This document shows positions 30,570-40,402 of a stretch of 45,168 nt of DNA, piece after piece. The DNA comes from an uncultured delta proteobacterium (GTDB taxonomy: Bacteria; Desulfobacterota; Syntrophobacteria; Syntrophobacterales; Syntrophobacteraceae): NCBI GenBank assembly GCA_963808625.1, contig CAWEHK010000047.1:1-45168 (forward strand), given 5' to 3'. The first letter of the stretch is position 1, and every line of letters starts with the position of its first letter. Below the pieces are notes generated by a model that worked only from the letters and a program-made list of their open reading frames with translations, ran no database searches and was not told where the DNA came from. A program made the position numbers and the translations under genes.

Positions 30570-33258
30570 ACAATCCATTCAACCGCCGTTACAGGTGAGT
30601 CCCACACCTCGCAAATCGGCTTCCGTCAACAATCCGGCCTTCATGCTGTAGAAATCCATTTACCAAGTCGCCGCGGTGGGATTTTTCCACTTTCGCCTGA
30701 AACCTCGTCTAAAATGTCAAAAAATTCCAAATCCGTCCTTAGCTCAGCCGAATGGCTTGTGCTACCGTTCCGCCGCTTTTCCCAAAAACACGTTTCCACT
30801 CGTTTTGTAGTGCTTTCAGGCGGGTTGTTTCCGGGTCGAGGTCAAAACTGAGGTCAATTGACTTCGCCGGGTCACCAACTTCGAGCCAGCCATTTTCACC
30901 AATCCAGCAAACGGCATTTCGAACAAAGTCTGACTCCAAACTTCAAAAGCAAGCCATGCTGCCGCCGTCATGTTTGAAAGCCGCTGTCAAGTGCGCCTTT
31001 GAGGATCACCAAAACAGCGCGAACAAGCTCAAGGCGGTGCGCTTGCACAAAACTGAGCGGGTCCAGGTCAAAGCGTCGTTCGTGTGGTTTTTCGCAGTGT
31101 GGGTCAATTGAAACACGGATAAGCCGCCGGTTGAGGTCGCCAATAATAATCGGGTTGTTGCCGGAGAGGATCACCAGCGCAACGGGTCTTCCGGCAATGG
31201 TTGAATTTGAGCCAAGCAAGCGGCCTGAATATTGCGGACTGTGCTCAAGAAGGCGCAAAGGACTTTCGCTTTTAAGCGGTCGCGCCAGGTTGTCGAAAAT
31301 GACGCAGCGTGAGAAATAGCTCGAAGCTCGGTAAACAGACGTTTTTCCCATTTCCTCTTCGTCGCGTCCGGCACGGTGACACGCTTGCCGTTGCGCCTGA
31401 AAGAGCTGCCAGGACAAAGCGCGAGCAAAGTCTTACCTGTTCCTGCGACTGGTGCTGAAATGAGAAAACCCGGTGCGGTCGGTAATAACGGCCTGGACTA
31501 GTCGCGGTTAGCAACGCCGCCAGGTAGCCGCCGCCGTCCACGGGTGAGACAAACGGAAACTTTCTCAAAGGGCTTCCACAGATCCAGCCACAGCAGCCTT
31601 GACGGTTTGCGGGTCGGTTTTTCCGGTATGTTCTGCCATGACTCGTTTTGCCGGAAAATGCAGATAAAGGCCAGTTTGGTCGTCGAAGCCGTCTTCTTGA
31701 ATCAGCGGCCTTCCGGTGTCATACTTGGTGCGGTCAAGACACCTTCGAGCGTGGGAAGGGTCCATTGTCCGGCCATAGCGCAAAGGGTCCGCGCGAGGGT
31801 CAACGGACAATCTGTAATTTTCCATTTCTCAGAGCGCTTATCAAACTTCTGGAATTGCAGCAGGCCGGTGAGATACCACGCCAGCCATTCAGCGGAAACC
31901 GGATAAGGTTTGCCGTCGCTCAAGCGTACAAACTCGCCTTCCCTGGCATAAACAACGCCGTCCAGCCGCATGAGTTCAAGGCATTTCGCGGTAAGGTTCT
32001 GCAAGTCGCCGCCTTGGAATATGAATGATCTTGACGGCACGGTGCAAGGTGAAGCGTTGTCCGCCGTGCGCATGAGATAAAAAGATAGGGTTTGCCTGCC
32101 GCCTTGAGGTTCACGATTGCAATGCGTCGGTCACTGCCGATATTCCGGTTCGAGCGGGTCCGCGAAGCGTGCGCCATGAAACTTGTCCGGGTTGTCGAGG
32201 ATCGCCGCCACGGTGACGGTGCCGTATTTTTCAGCTCACAAGCTCGAAGTCACCTAAAAGCCGTTTTTGCGTGACGGCTCGCTCAGAAGATTTCGCCGCA
32301 TTTCTTTTCTTTCCTTGCCGTTCGGCACGGCCTTCAAGCGCTCTTCAATCCATTCTGCTTGTTTCGCCACGCTGGCCGGTTGTCTGCGCCTGGCGTGCCG
32401 CACTCTTGAGCGTTTCAAGTCGCCGCCTGCTCTTCCGGTGACAGGTCAGCCAGGGTCCGCGAGTCCATGAAAGGCTGCCGCGCCGTTGAATAGCCTTGGC
32501 TCTTCCCGTCGCTGCTCGAGTCCCGGTCCGCATTGTGCGCCGCCTGCAAAGTCCAGCCTTTCCGGTTGCCACACGGAAGCGTCAATATGCGAACGGTCCA
32601 GCAGCGCGCCGCTTGCCGAAATGTCGAAACGGCCAAACCCGGCCAGCCACAACCGCCCATAAAGCACCGCGCCTGCTCGCGGTATGTCTTGAGCGTCAAG
32701 AACAGGCACATAAACACGCTGACCCATAACGCCGCGCAGCTCCGCGCCGGTGTCGGTCCGGTAAATGCAACTCGAAGCGCTTTCCCGCCAAATATGCGGT
32801 GCGGCTTCGCAGTTCCGGCCACACGCCATAAAGCGCTGTCAAGAAGCGCTTCCCTGCGTGAACGGCGTTGCTGTCCTTTGCCGGGTCGTAGTCCAGCATG
32901 AGCACGCCGGGTCCGTCCGGCCAGGTGAAGTGCTCCCGGTCCCTTGCAACAACGGGAAGCTTGCCGCGGTGCTTCTTGCAAAGCGTCCTCTTGAGGAACA
33001 ACAAGCGCCTGGTCGTGCTCACAAACGCCGAAGGTAAGCGCCTGGTTCGGTTTGAGTTCGGCCAGCAGCGCGCAAAACTCCGCAATGGACAGGGTGCGCC
33101 GGGTCGCCGTGCCTTCGGTAAGACTGTCCGCCAGGGTGCTTTTGCAGGGTGCCGTCTTCGGCAGGGTGAATTGCTTTGAAAGGTAAGGCGGTTTCTGTGG
33201 CGTTTATGACGCTCAGAGTCACAAAGTCGTTGACTTGAAGTGTCTCAGGTTGATACAT
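30570..33258 (-). CDS. Primase-polymerase/helicase replication protein (many frameshifts)
   Basis: Fragments GVLMLDYD, DASVWQPERLDF, FQKFDKRS, LEGVLTAP, Walker A-like SAPVAGTGKTLL, FDNL, SGNN...GDLNRR. Confidence 0.75.
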
Positions 33259-33274
33259 TTTTCCTGCCTCGTCT

Positions 33275-33624
33275 TTAGTTCTGTACCCGGTGTGGGTCGG
33301 TCGCTCCGCCGGGTAAACTTTTTTGCAGGTCTCTAAATTCCAGTAGAAAGCGCGTCACTTCGTTTGCCTTCCTGACTTCCGCCGTTGTGGTCCGGGTGAG
33401 CTCGCCGAAGTGCGAAACGGCCAGAATTGCCGGAAGCCGTAAAGGACGTAGAAAAGGACGTTTCGCATTGCCTCAACTTGGCGTTGCAGGTCTTCCAGTT
33501 CAGCGCAACTCTCGCAGTCCCGCGCCTCGTTCTTGCGCTCAATCCAGCACGAAAGGCACAGGCGCTTCCAGTGCTCGCCGGGTTCCCGGTGAAACCATTC
33601 GCCGCAATCCTCGCAAGTAGCCAT
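33275..33624 (-). CDS. Small Zn-finger protein with J-domain-like HPD segment (frameshifted)
   Basis: CEDC...W...CLSC; after correcting two +1 indels: LRRAHPDHNGGSQEANEVTRFL. Confidence 0.55.
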
Positions 33625-33627
33625 GAC

Positions 33628-33819
33628 TCACTTTGCACCTCGTCCGGCTTCGGCCAACTTCTCAAGCTCTGCCAAATCAACAAAAACAGCGCCGCCAATC
33701 TTGCAAAACAGTTTTGGGAATTTTCGAAGCGTCCTCCATTTGTAAAACGTGCTCCGTGCGAAGCCGGTTTCTTCTTCAAGCCGCTTCTTGTCTCGAAAGG
33801 GAATGAGTCTTTTAACCAT
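33628..33819 (-). CDS. Excisionase / AlpA-like DNA-binding protein
   Basis: 63 aa, basic, TGFARSTFYKW...P.LF.KIGG.VFVD winged-HTH pattern; position between integrase and primase. Confidence 0.75.
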   Translation of the reverse strand: MVKRLIPFRDKKRLEEETGFARSTFYKWRTLRKFPKLFCKIGGAVFVDLAELEKLAEAGRGAK

Positions 33820-33996
33820 GTGCTAATCCTTTCCGGTTTGGGTTTTTTGAATGTTCAAACGGATTGTATTAGCTGGTTTTTTTGGCGTTAATATCGGCGG
33901 GTAAATGTCGGGTAAATGTCGGGTATTCGGGTACTACTAGAATGGCATTATCGTGGAGTTTATAAAAAGCGGTAAAAATAATACCCGATAATCTCG

Positions 33997-34956
33997 TCAG
34001 GCATTTTTATAAATTTCAAAAAGATATTCCCTCAGTCTTTTGTCAGGGACTTTTTCTAAGTCTGAGTCTTGTGTTTTTGCTGCTCTTATCGTGTCGGCTT
34101 TTGTCGGAAGGGGGTTTTTACCCTTAATGTAATGTTTTGCAAATTTCTCAAATGAAATACGTTCAATATAATACTTGCCCTTATAACCTCTTGTCACCTT
34201 TTCTGTATAGGTGAGGCTCGATTGCTTCTTGACGGTCGGCGCGTCTTGCCGCTCTTCCTGCGCCACGGCTTCCTTCGCAGTCTTCGCGAAAGTCTGGTTG
34301 AATGGATCATCAACCTCTTCTACTTCCGGCTGTGTTTCCTGCAAAATGCGGTTAAAGTCCTGTTTTTGTTCTTCGCGATTCAGCTCGAAAGCATGTATCC
34401 TCAACTTTTGAAGAATGTGTTTGCGCTCTTGTTCTTCTGGAAAAAAGTAAAGAGCCAGCGTCTCTATGTCGCATTGGGTAGGGTTAGATAGGGTCGGACA
34501 GAAAATAGTTTTCTGGTGAGTCTTTCAGAGCTAACAATTTCTCACTGTACTCGGCAATCTTGCCGGTCCTTTGTTATCTATGGCTTCGGTTGTAGTCGGG
34601 TTGCTTTTTTTCCCATTCATTTATTTCCTTTCTCAGTCTCTCTTCTTCTCTCTGAGCGAAGACGCTCACCCATTCCTTTTTTGTCGCCTCATCGTGAAAA
34701 TGCTCAACGTCCTCTGTACTGAAAAACCACGTGCCGTTACCAATTTTAGAAGGCGCGCCTTCTTGGCCTGGCTCGTTGCGATCCCGTAAATGCTGAGCAA
34801 GGCATGAAAGGAAAGCCGTTCAAGCACACGGTCAACAGACTTCTTGGCAATGGGTTTTTCGCTCAAGTTGTATGGTTGAAGACCATCTTTGAGGTATTGC
34901 AGAAGTTCGGCAATTGTGATACCGCGCTGTTGTAGTTGATTCCCGGTAAGAAGCAT
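33997..34956 (-). CDS. Hypothetical protein(s), possibly one disrupted gene
   Basis: ORFs 34666-34956 (GGAGG RBS) and 33997-34404 on the same strand in a lower-GC stretch. Confidence 0.45.
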
Positions 34957-35067
34957 ATTGCGCCTCCCTTGTGCGCTCCCTATGAGGTCCAGGGAAACCG
35001 GGTAGGGATTCCCGGCTTTCGGCCAGGGTAGCTATTCCTGGCCTATCCCTGGAAGAGGGTTATCGTT

Positions 35068-36206
35068 TCAATTCAATGCACATCGGCTTTGCGTTTCGGT
35101 TGCAGCAACTCCCCCGGCCTTGACCGCCGCCGCTTGCACTGCGTCCGGGTTCAAGTGAGCATATCTCATGGTGGTTTGCGCTTGCTTGTGGGAAAGCAGC
35201 TTGCCGACAACGGCCAGGTCAACGCCATTGCTGATAAGCGTGCTTGCAAAGTGGTGTCTGATTCCATGAAAGCGGTAGTTCTCCGGCAAATCAGCGGCCT
35301 TTCTTATCTTTAGCCACGGTCCTTTGAAATCGGTGCGCTGCTTTCCGTTCTTGCCAGGGAAACAAAAATCAGAGGTACGGTTTAACCCTCGAAGCACGTC
35401 AAGCGCCTGCTGGCTAACGGGTACGGTCACGGTCTTCTTTCCCTTCGGGTCCGGCAGGGTAATCATGCTCCGGTCAAAGTCACGTGGCTCCATTGCAGCT
35501 TGAAGAGCTCGCCGCGCCGGAAGCCGCTGAACAAGAGCAAACTTGACGAACGCCGCCGAATCATCGAAAGGCCAATTGTCGAGCACTGCCATAAGGCGGG
35601 AAAGCTCTTCGTCGGTCATGTACTCGGTGACTTGGTTGTCAACGTGCGGCATTTCCACGCCCTTGACCGGGTTCGGTCCCTGGTAGAGGTTCCACTTGAC
35701 GGCAAGGTTGAAAAGACGCCGCACAAGGATAAGGTGATGCTTGATACTTGCCGGCGCGAAGGGTCTTCCGTTCTGACTGACAGCTTTCTTAAGTTCGCCT
35801 TTCATCCGCTCCAAATCAAAAGCACTGATGCTCTCAAGCGCCTTTTCCCCGAAGCGCGGTTCAATGTGCTTCCGATAGTGGTAATCGTCATCGCGCCAGG
35901 TCTTCTTATTTTGCTTGCGCCCAGGGAAGGTATTTCTCCCACACCTCGTTTAGGGTGACAGGCTTTTTTTTTGCCTGGTGGTGGGTAATGTCAAACTCTT
36001 CCCGCACCATATCGGCCTTGATGCTTGATTCGAGCTCCCTGGCAATGGTGAGGTTGTCCACCACGCGGGTTGACCTTTGGCCTTTGACGGATACCTGAAC
36101 GCGGTATTTCCGGGTCCTGTCGAAAGGCTTCTGACACTTCGCCGCAGACTTTGGCAGTTAAGGCGCTGCTGGTCTTGCACTTCGGACAAAAAATCTGAAT
36201 GCTCAT
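35068..36206 (-). CDS. int: Tyrosine integrase with N-terminal CxxC zinc ribbon (frameshifts)
   Basis: CPKC N-terminus; R..FNLA..W...NP; RFHGIRHHFAS..GVDL..VGKLLSH...TTMRYAH; next to att. Confidence 0.92.
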
Positions 36207-36373
36207 GCTGCCCCGCTCCTGCCCCGGCCTGTAAGGGGGTGTGTAAATAGTGTGTAAATTTTCAGAAAACAGAGGCTAATTTCGTCTCAAATCGTAATGA
36301 GACAACTATCATGAAGTCATTGAATTGTCAATATAAATCTCAATCTATCAAAAGGTAGGAAAAGCTATTGAAC

Positions 36374-36439
36374 CTGACTCTTAATCAGGAGGTTTGGGGT
36401 TCGAGTCCCTAACGGCCCACCAAGAAAATCAAGGGGTTA
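36374..36439 (+). repeat. att core, right copy (duplicated tRNA-Lys 3' half)
   Basis: Identical to 25973-26038; lacks tRNA 5' half. Confidence 0.95.
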
Positions 36440-36513
36440 GCGATTTTGTCGCTGCCCCTTTTTGGCTTTTGGAGGGGATTTTTGCCAAAATTTTGCCAAA
36501 AATGCTGTCAGTG

Positions 36514-37070
36514 TCACTTCCTTTTGGTTCCCGATTGCATTCGCCGGAACATGGCCTCGAGGGTTGATCCGTCTTCCGTGCCGCGCAGATTTTCCACGTA
36601 CCGACTGTAGACCTGGATCACCATTTCGGCATCCCGATGCCCCATGACCTGGGCGATCCAGAGGGGATTTTCACCGCAGCTCAAGGCCACGGTCGCAAAG
36701 GTGTGCCGGGTTTGTTTCATCTCGCGCAGCTTAACACCGGTTCCCCTTAAAGCCGGAATCCAGGCTTTCCTCCTCAGGTTGCTCAAATGAATCGCGCACC
36801 CGTTGGGAGTGCAGAAAAAATACTCGCCGCCCAGAGAATCATGGATTTTCTTCTGTTCCTGGAGAGGTTCAAGCATTCCCTCCGTTAGCCTGGTTCTCCT
36901 TCGGCTGTGCCTCTTCTTCGTGTTTCCTTCGCATCTTCCGCCATGCTTGTCCGGGTGATCGCGCGCTCCACGTACAACAGGCCTCTCTCCCAGTCGATGT
37001 CGCCGGGCTTCAACCCTATCTGCTCTCCTGGACGCAGGCCGGAGCGGATCGCAAAATCGAATTAGGGCCT
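36514..37070 (-). pseudogene. Second tyrosine integrase, catalytic-domain remnant
   Basis: FAIRSGLRPGEQIGLKPGDIDW (box I, other frame) and QTRHTFAT..GENPLWIA.VMGH....VYSRY; no N-terminus. Confidence 0.85.
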
Positions 37071-37098
37071 GCAATGATCCGGGAGTCCTCGGCGCACC

Positions 37099-37842
37099 TT
37101 GATCAGCGTCACCTCGCCGTTGGGCTGCCAGCGCGGCACCTTCCTCGAGCGCACGACGGAAGACGCCGAGCATCCCATGAAAATGTGGTGGTCGCTTCGA
37201 AGCAGCCTCATTCAAAAGCTGGTCGAGCGTGAGGACACCGAGCACCGTTTCTCCGAGCGCCAGCTCAAGACCGCCCTGGACGGCATCCCGCTCGTGGGGC
37301 GCATCGATTCCTACCAGGTCCGCTTCCTCCAATACGGCATTCTCAAGGACTGGAAGAGCATCGGCGACAACGGCCTCCAGTAGATCATCCATGACGGCGC
37401 CAAGGAAGAGCACATCTGGCAGGCGAACATCTACGCCTGGCTGCTCCGGCAGAATGCCTGCCCCGTCAATTACATCGAGATTGCCTACCTCACCCTCATG
37501 GCTATTGTCAAAACCGGCCACCAGACCACCTACTACGAGTATTTGAACGAAGCTCCAAAGCCGTCCGGCCGGCGCAGGGACCTGGCCGCGCTGCCCACCC
37601 TGGTAAAGTCATATCCTTCCGGCAAGAAGAAGTGGGCCTGCGTCTACAACGTGCCCCCTGTACCGCTCTATGACGACAAGACCGTCGAGGATTTCATCCG
37701 GCCTTGCATGCATGTCCTCGATGACGCGTTCCATCGCGGCATCATGCCGCCCACGGTCCCCGACGACATCCGCGCCTGGAAAGGCGCAGACTATTGCTCG
37801 GTGAGCAATGTTTGCGCCGACCTGGAACGCGCCGCAGCCTAG
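37099..37842 (+). pseudogene. PD-(D/E)XK (Cas4-like/phage exonuclease) nuclease with internal TAG at 37381-37383
   Basis: GRID...LKDWKS...*...WQANIYAWLL...YCSVSNVC in one frame. Confidence 0.7.
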
Positions 37843-37879
37843 TGCTTGATGGCGTTAATTCGCGAAACATTATCTCAGT

Positions 37880-37939
37880 CGTCATTCCGGCGTGCTCCCC
37901 GCCTAAAGCCTGCGGGGACAAGCTTTGGCCGGAATCCAG
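37880..37939. repeat. REP-like palindrome (GTCATTCC...GGAATCCAG family)
   Basis: CGTCATTCCGGC...GCCGGAATCCAG with inner CCCCGC..GCGGGG hairpin. Confidence 0.6.
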
Positions 37940-38012
37940 TCTTCATGCGGTGGGGCAACGGTTTAAAGATAGGTCAAGAAGTTCTGCAATCAGGCACAAG
38001 AAAGGAGTCCCC

Positions 38013-39106
38013 TTGAAAATCACCAGGTTCACCGCGGAAAACATCAAGCGGCTCTATGCCGTGAGTATCGAGCCCGATCAAAACGAACCAATCGTGAACA
38101 TCACCGGTCCCAACGCCGCCGGCAAATCGAGCGTCCTCGATTCCATCTGGATGGCCCTGGGCGGGTCCGCCGCCGTTCCGGAGATGCCCGTCAGGAAGGG
38201 CGCGACATCGGCCCAGGTCACGCTGGATCTCGGCGATATCCTGGTCACCAGGACGTTTACCCACAAGGGCACCTGTCTCAAGGTCTCGAACAAGGACGGC
38301 CTCGAGTGGGAGTCCGCCCAGACCTTGCTCAACACACTCGTTGGAAAACTCGCCTTCGACCCGCGGCCTTCATGCGCCTGGATGCCGCCAGGCACCGCGA
38401 AGTCCTGCTCTCGCTCGTTGACATTCCCATCGACTACGGCCTACTTGCCGAGCTTTCGGGAGCCGCCGTTGCCAATGGTGGTGACCCCATGAAAGCCCTC
38501 GCTGCGGCCAATGCGGAAGTCTACCAGGCGCGCACGGCGGTCAATCAGCTCGGGAAGCAGCTCGAAGCCGCCCACGAGGCGATCACGATCCCCCCCGATG
38601 TTGACGTCGTGCCGCCCGTCTCGACCGCCGACCTCATTGCCGAGCGCGACGCCCGCGTGGATAGCGTTCGCAGGAAGCAGGCCATGCGCGAGGAACTCCG
38701 GGACCTCGAAGATCAACTCAAGGCGCAAAAGGAGGAGTGCAACGAACTCGCCCGCCGGCTCGCTACCTGCAGAAAGGCCATCAGCGATCTCGAAGCGCGC
38801 GTCTCACACCAGCGCACCACGGTCGCCAACCTCATTGATCCCACCTTCGATGACATCGAGGCCAGGATCAGGGACTCCGACCGCCTCAACCATTTGGCCG
38901 CCGATATTCAGCGCAAGCGCGACCTGGCCGCCGGCCTCGCGGCCAACAAAGCCAGGGCCGACGACTTGACCTCGAAACTCACCGCGATCCAGACCTGCAA
39001 GGAAGACCTCATGGCGCAAACCATCTTCCCCATCGTGGGCCTGGACTTTTCATCTGAGGCTCATCTTACAGAGGAGAGAGATTTTAGAGTTTCGGATTGC
39101 TCCTGA
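38013..39106 (+). pseudogene. Phage-type SMC/SbcC-like AAA ATPase, frameshifted and C-terminally truncated
   Basis: AAGGAG RBS + TTG; AENIKRL, ITGPNAAGKSSVLDSI, FDP..F, coiled coil; second ABC half missing. Confidence 0.75.
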
Positions 39107-39245
39107 TGGTAGTGCGTACGGTACTCCGAGGGATACTCTATCACGGAGCCAGGAAGGAGTCCTCTGGGAGTGTGCTTTTCCGGAAACCGGTGCAGGGGAG
39201 CATTATCAAATTCTTAATACGCAGTGAAAAGCCCAGGCAAACGTC

Positions 39246-39650
39246 TTAATCTTCACTCCAGTCTTCAAGCACCAGTCCCGGCACCCGTTCAAATTCTTTG
39301 ACATTGTTTGTCACCAATATCAGGCCGAGCGCCCGGGCTTGGCCGGCTATCATCATATCGTAAGGTCCAATGGGCCGCCCCATTCGATAAAGTGCGGCTC
39401 GAATCTGTCCAAAATGATATGCGGCTTTGTCTTCAAAGGGCAGCACTTCAAGCCGGGCGACCATGGCCTCGATGTCCGCCAGATTCCGTTCTGCCTGTTG
39501 TGAATGTTCCGCACCAAACACCAATTCCCCCAAAGTTACAGCGGAAATGCCCATCCTGCCGTGATGAACCTCAAAACGTCTTTTCACCTGTTGAGGACGG
39601 TTCTTTAGAGTGAAGATGACAATATTGGTGTCGAGCAGGTATTTCAGCAT
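39246..39650 (-). CDS. vapC: Type II toxin, PIN-domain ribonuclease
   Basis: KYLLDTNIVI, ELVFGAE, IGPYDMMIAG.A, LVTNN.KEF.RVPGL. Confidence 0.95.
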   Translation of the reverse strand: MLKYLLDTNIVIFTLKNRPQQVKRRFEVHHGRMGISAVTLGELVFGAEHSQQAERNLADIEAMVARLEVLPFEDKAAYHFGQIRAALYRMGRPIGPYDMMIAGQARALGLILVTNNVKEFERVPGLVLEDWSED

Positions 39651-39886
39651 TCCATGCTATCCCGTCGTTGGTCTTCCGGTTGCTTTCGCTCCCTCATGAA
39701 ATCACTGGAAACCCCCGGTGCCTTGAACCACTCATCCCAAGATTGTCCAACGGGCTGAATCATGCGTTTGTTGCCAACCGCTGTGATTTCAACGTCCTTC
39801 ACAGATTCCGGAAAGGCAACTTCCCTTGGCAGGCGAACAGCCTGGCTCCGGTTACTCTTGAAGATCCTGGTTTTCACGCAAGTCAT
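39644..39886 (-). CDS. vapB: Type II antitoxin, AbrB-type
   Basis: FKSNRSQAVRLPREVAFP...V...WDEWF...VSSDFM..R.QP. Confidence 0.95.
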   Translation of the reverse strand: MTCVKTRIFKSNRSQAVRLPREVAFPESVKDVEITAVGNKRMIQPVGQSWDEWFKAPGVSSDFMRERKQPEDQRRDSMEC

Positions 39887-39941
39887 AACGCTACCTCACA
39901 AAACGAAATATTGGTCTTGAAAATACTATATAATCCACAAA

Positions 39942-39962
39942 GGATATGTCAATAGGATATAC
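39942..39962 (-). promoter_or_regulatory. Putative vapBC operator / -35 region
   Basis: GTATATCCTATTGACATATCC imperfect palindrome containing TTGACA upstream of vapB. Confidence 0.55.
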
Positions 39963-39974
39963 GTCCCACGCATC

Positions 39975-40277
39975 ATGCCACGGGTCTTTGTGTTATTCAA
40001 ATTCCAGCCCGCTTCGATCGTTGAAAAGCTCTTCGCCCGCAACTTGTTCACCAAGGGCGAATCGGCCCAGATCATCGAGACGCTCTTCGAACTGATGAAA
40101 CAATCCTTGCAGGACGGCGAAGACGCCATGATCAGTGGGTTTGGAAAGTTTTGCGTTCGGGAAAAGCACCAACGGCGGGGCCGAAACCCTCAAAGCGGAG
40201 AGCCAATGACGCTGGCCCCACACAAAGTGGTCACGTTCAAGTGCTCCACGGTGCTGAGGGAGAAGATGGAATGGTAA
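39975..40277 (+). CDS. Integration host factor alpha-like protein (native N-terminus apparently lost)
   Basis: ISGFGKF.VR.K..R.GRNP.SGE.M.L...VVTFK.S..LR; usual M.LTK start absent. Confidence 0.75.
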   Translation: MPRVFVLFKFQPASIVEKLFARNLFTKGESAQIIETLFELMKQSLQDGEDAMISGFGKFCVREKHQRRGRNPQSGEPMTLAPHKVVTFKCSTVLREKMEW

Positions 40278-40402
40278 GAATAACCGCCGATTCCAACCCG
40301 ACGTAACCAGTGGCGCAGAATGAATCCATGATGCCATCGGGGAAGGTTGGCTTTCTGAACAGGAAACCCGTTTCAGAATGTTCACCTGTCCCGAGCTGCT
40401 CC

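Larger units (their letters stand above)
25973..36439. mobile_element. Integrated satellite/PICI-like element in tRNA-Lys
   Basis: 66-bp direct repeat at both ends; integrase, excisionase, primase/helicase and TerS-like genes all on minus strand; no capsid or tail genes recognised. Confidence 0.9.

Noticed and set aside
36374..36422. Second tRNA-Lys gene
   Set aside because: Only the anticodon arm to CCA is present; it is the att duplication.
37071..37521. 5' part of the 335-aa ORF 36514-37521 as integrase N-terminus
   Set aside because: That stretch is antisense to the nuclease pseudogene; integrase motifs stop near 37070.
37099..37842. Cas4 of a CRISPR-Cas locus, or pyrrolysine read-through at TAG 37381
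   Set aside because: No cas1/cas2 or array in the window; the phage-relic context and broken neighbours favour a simple nonsense mutation.
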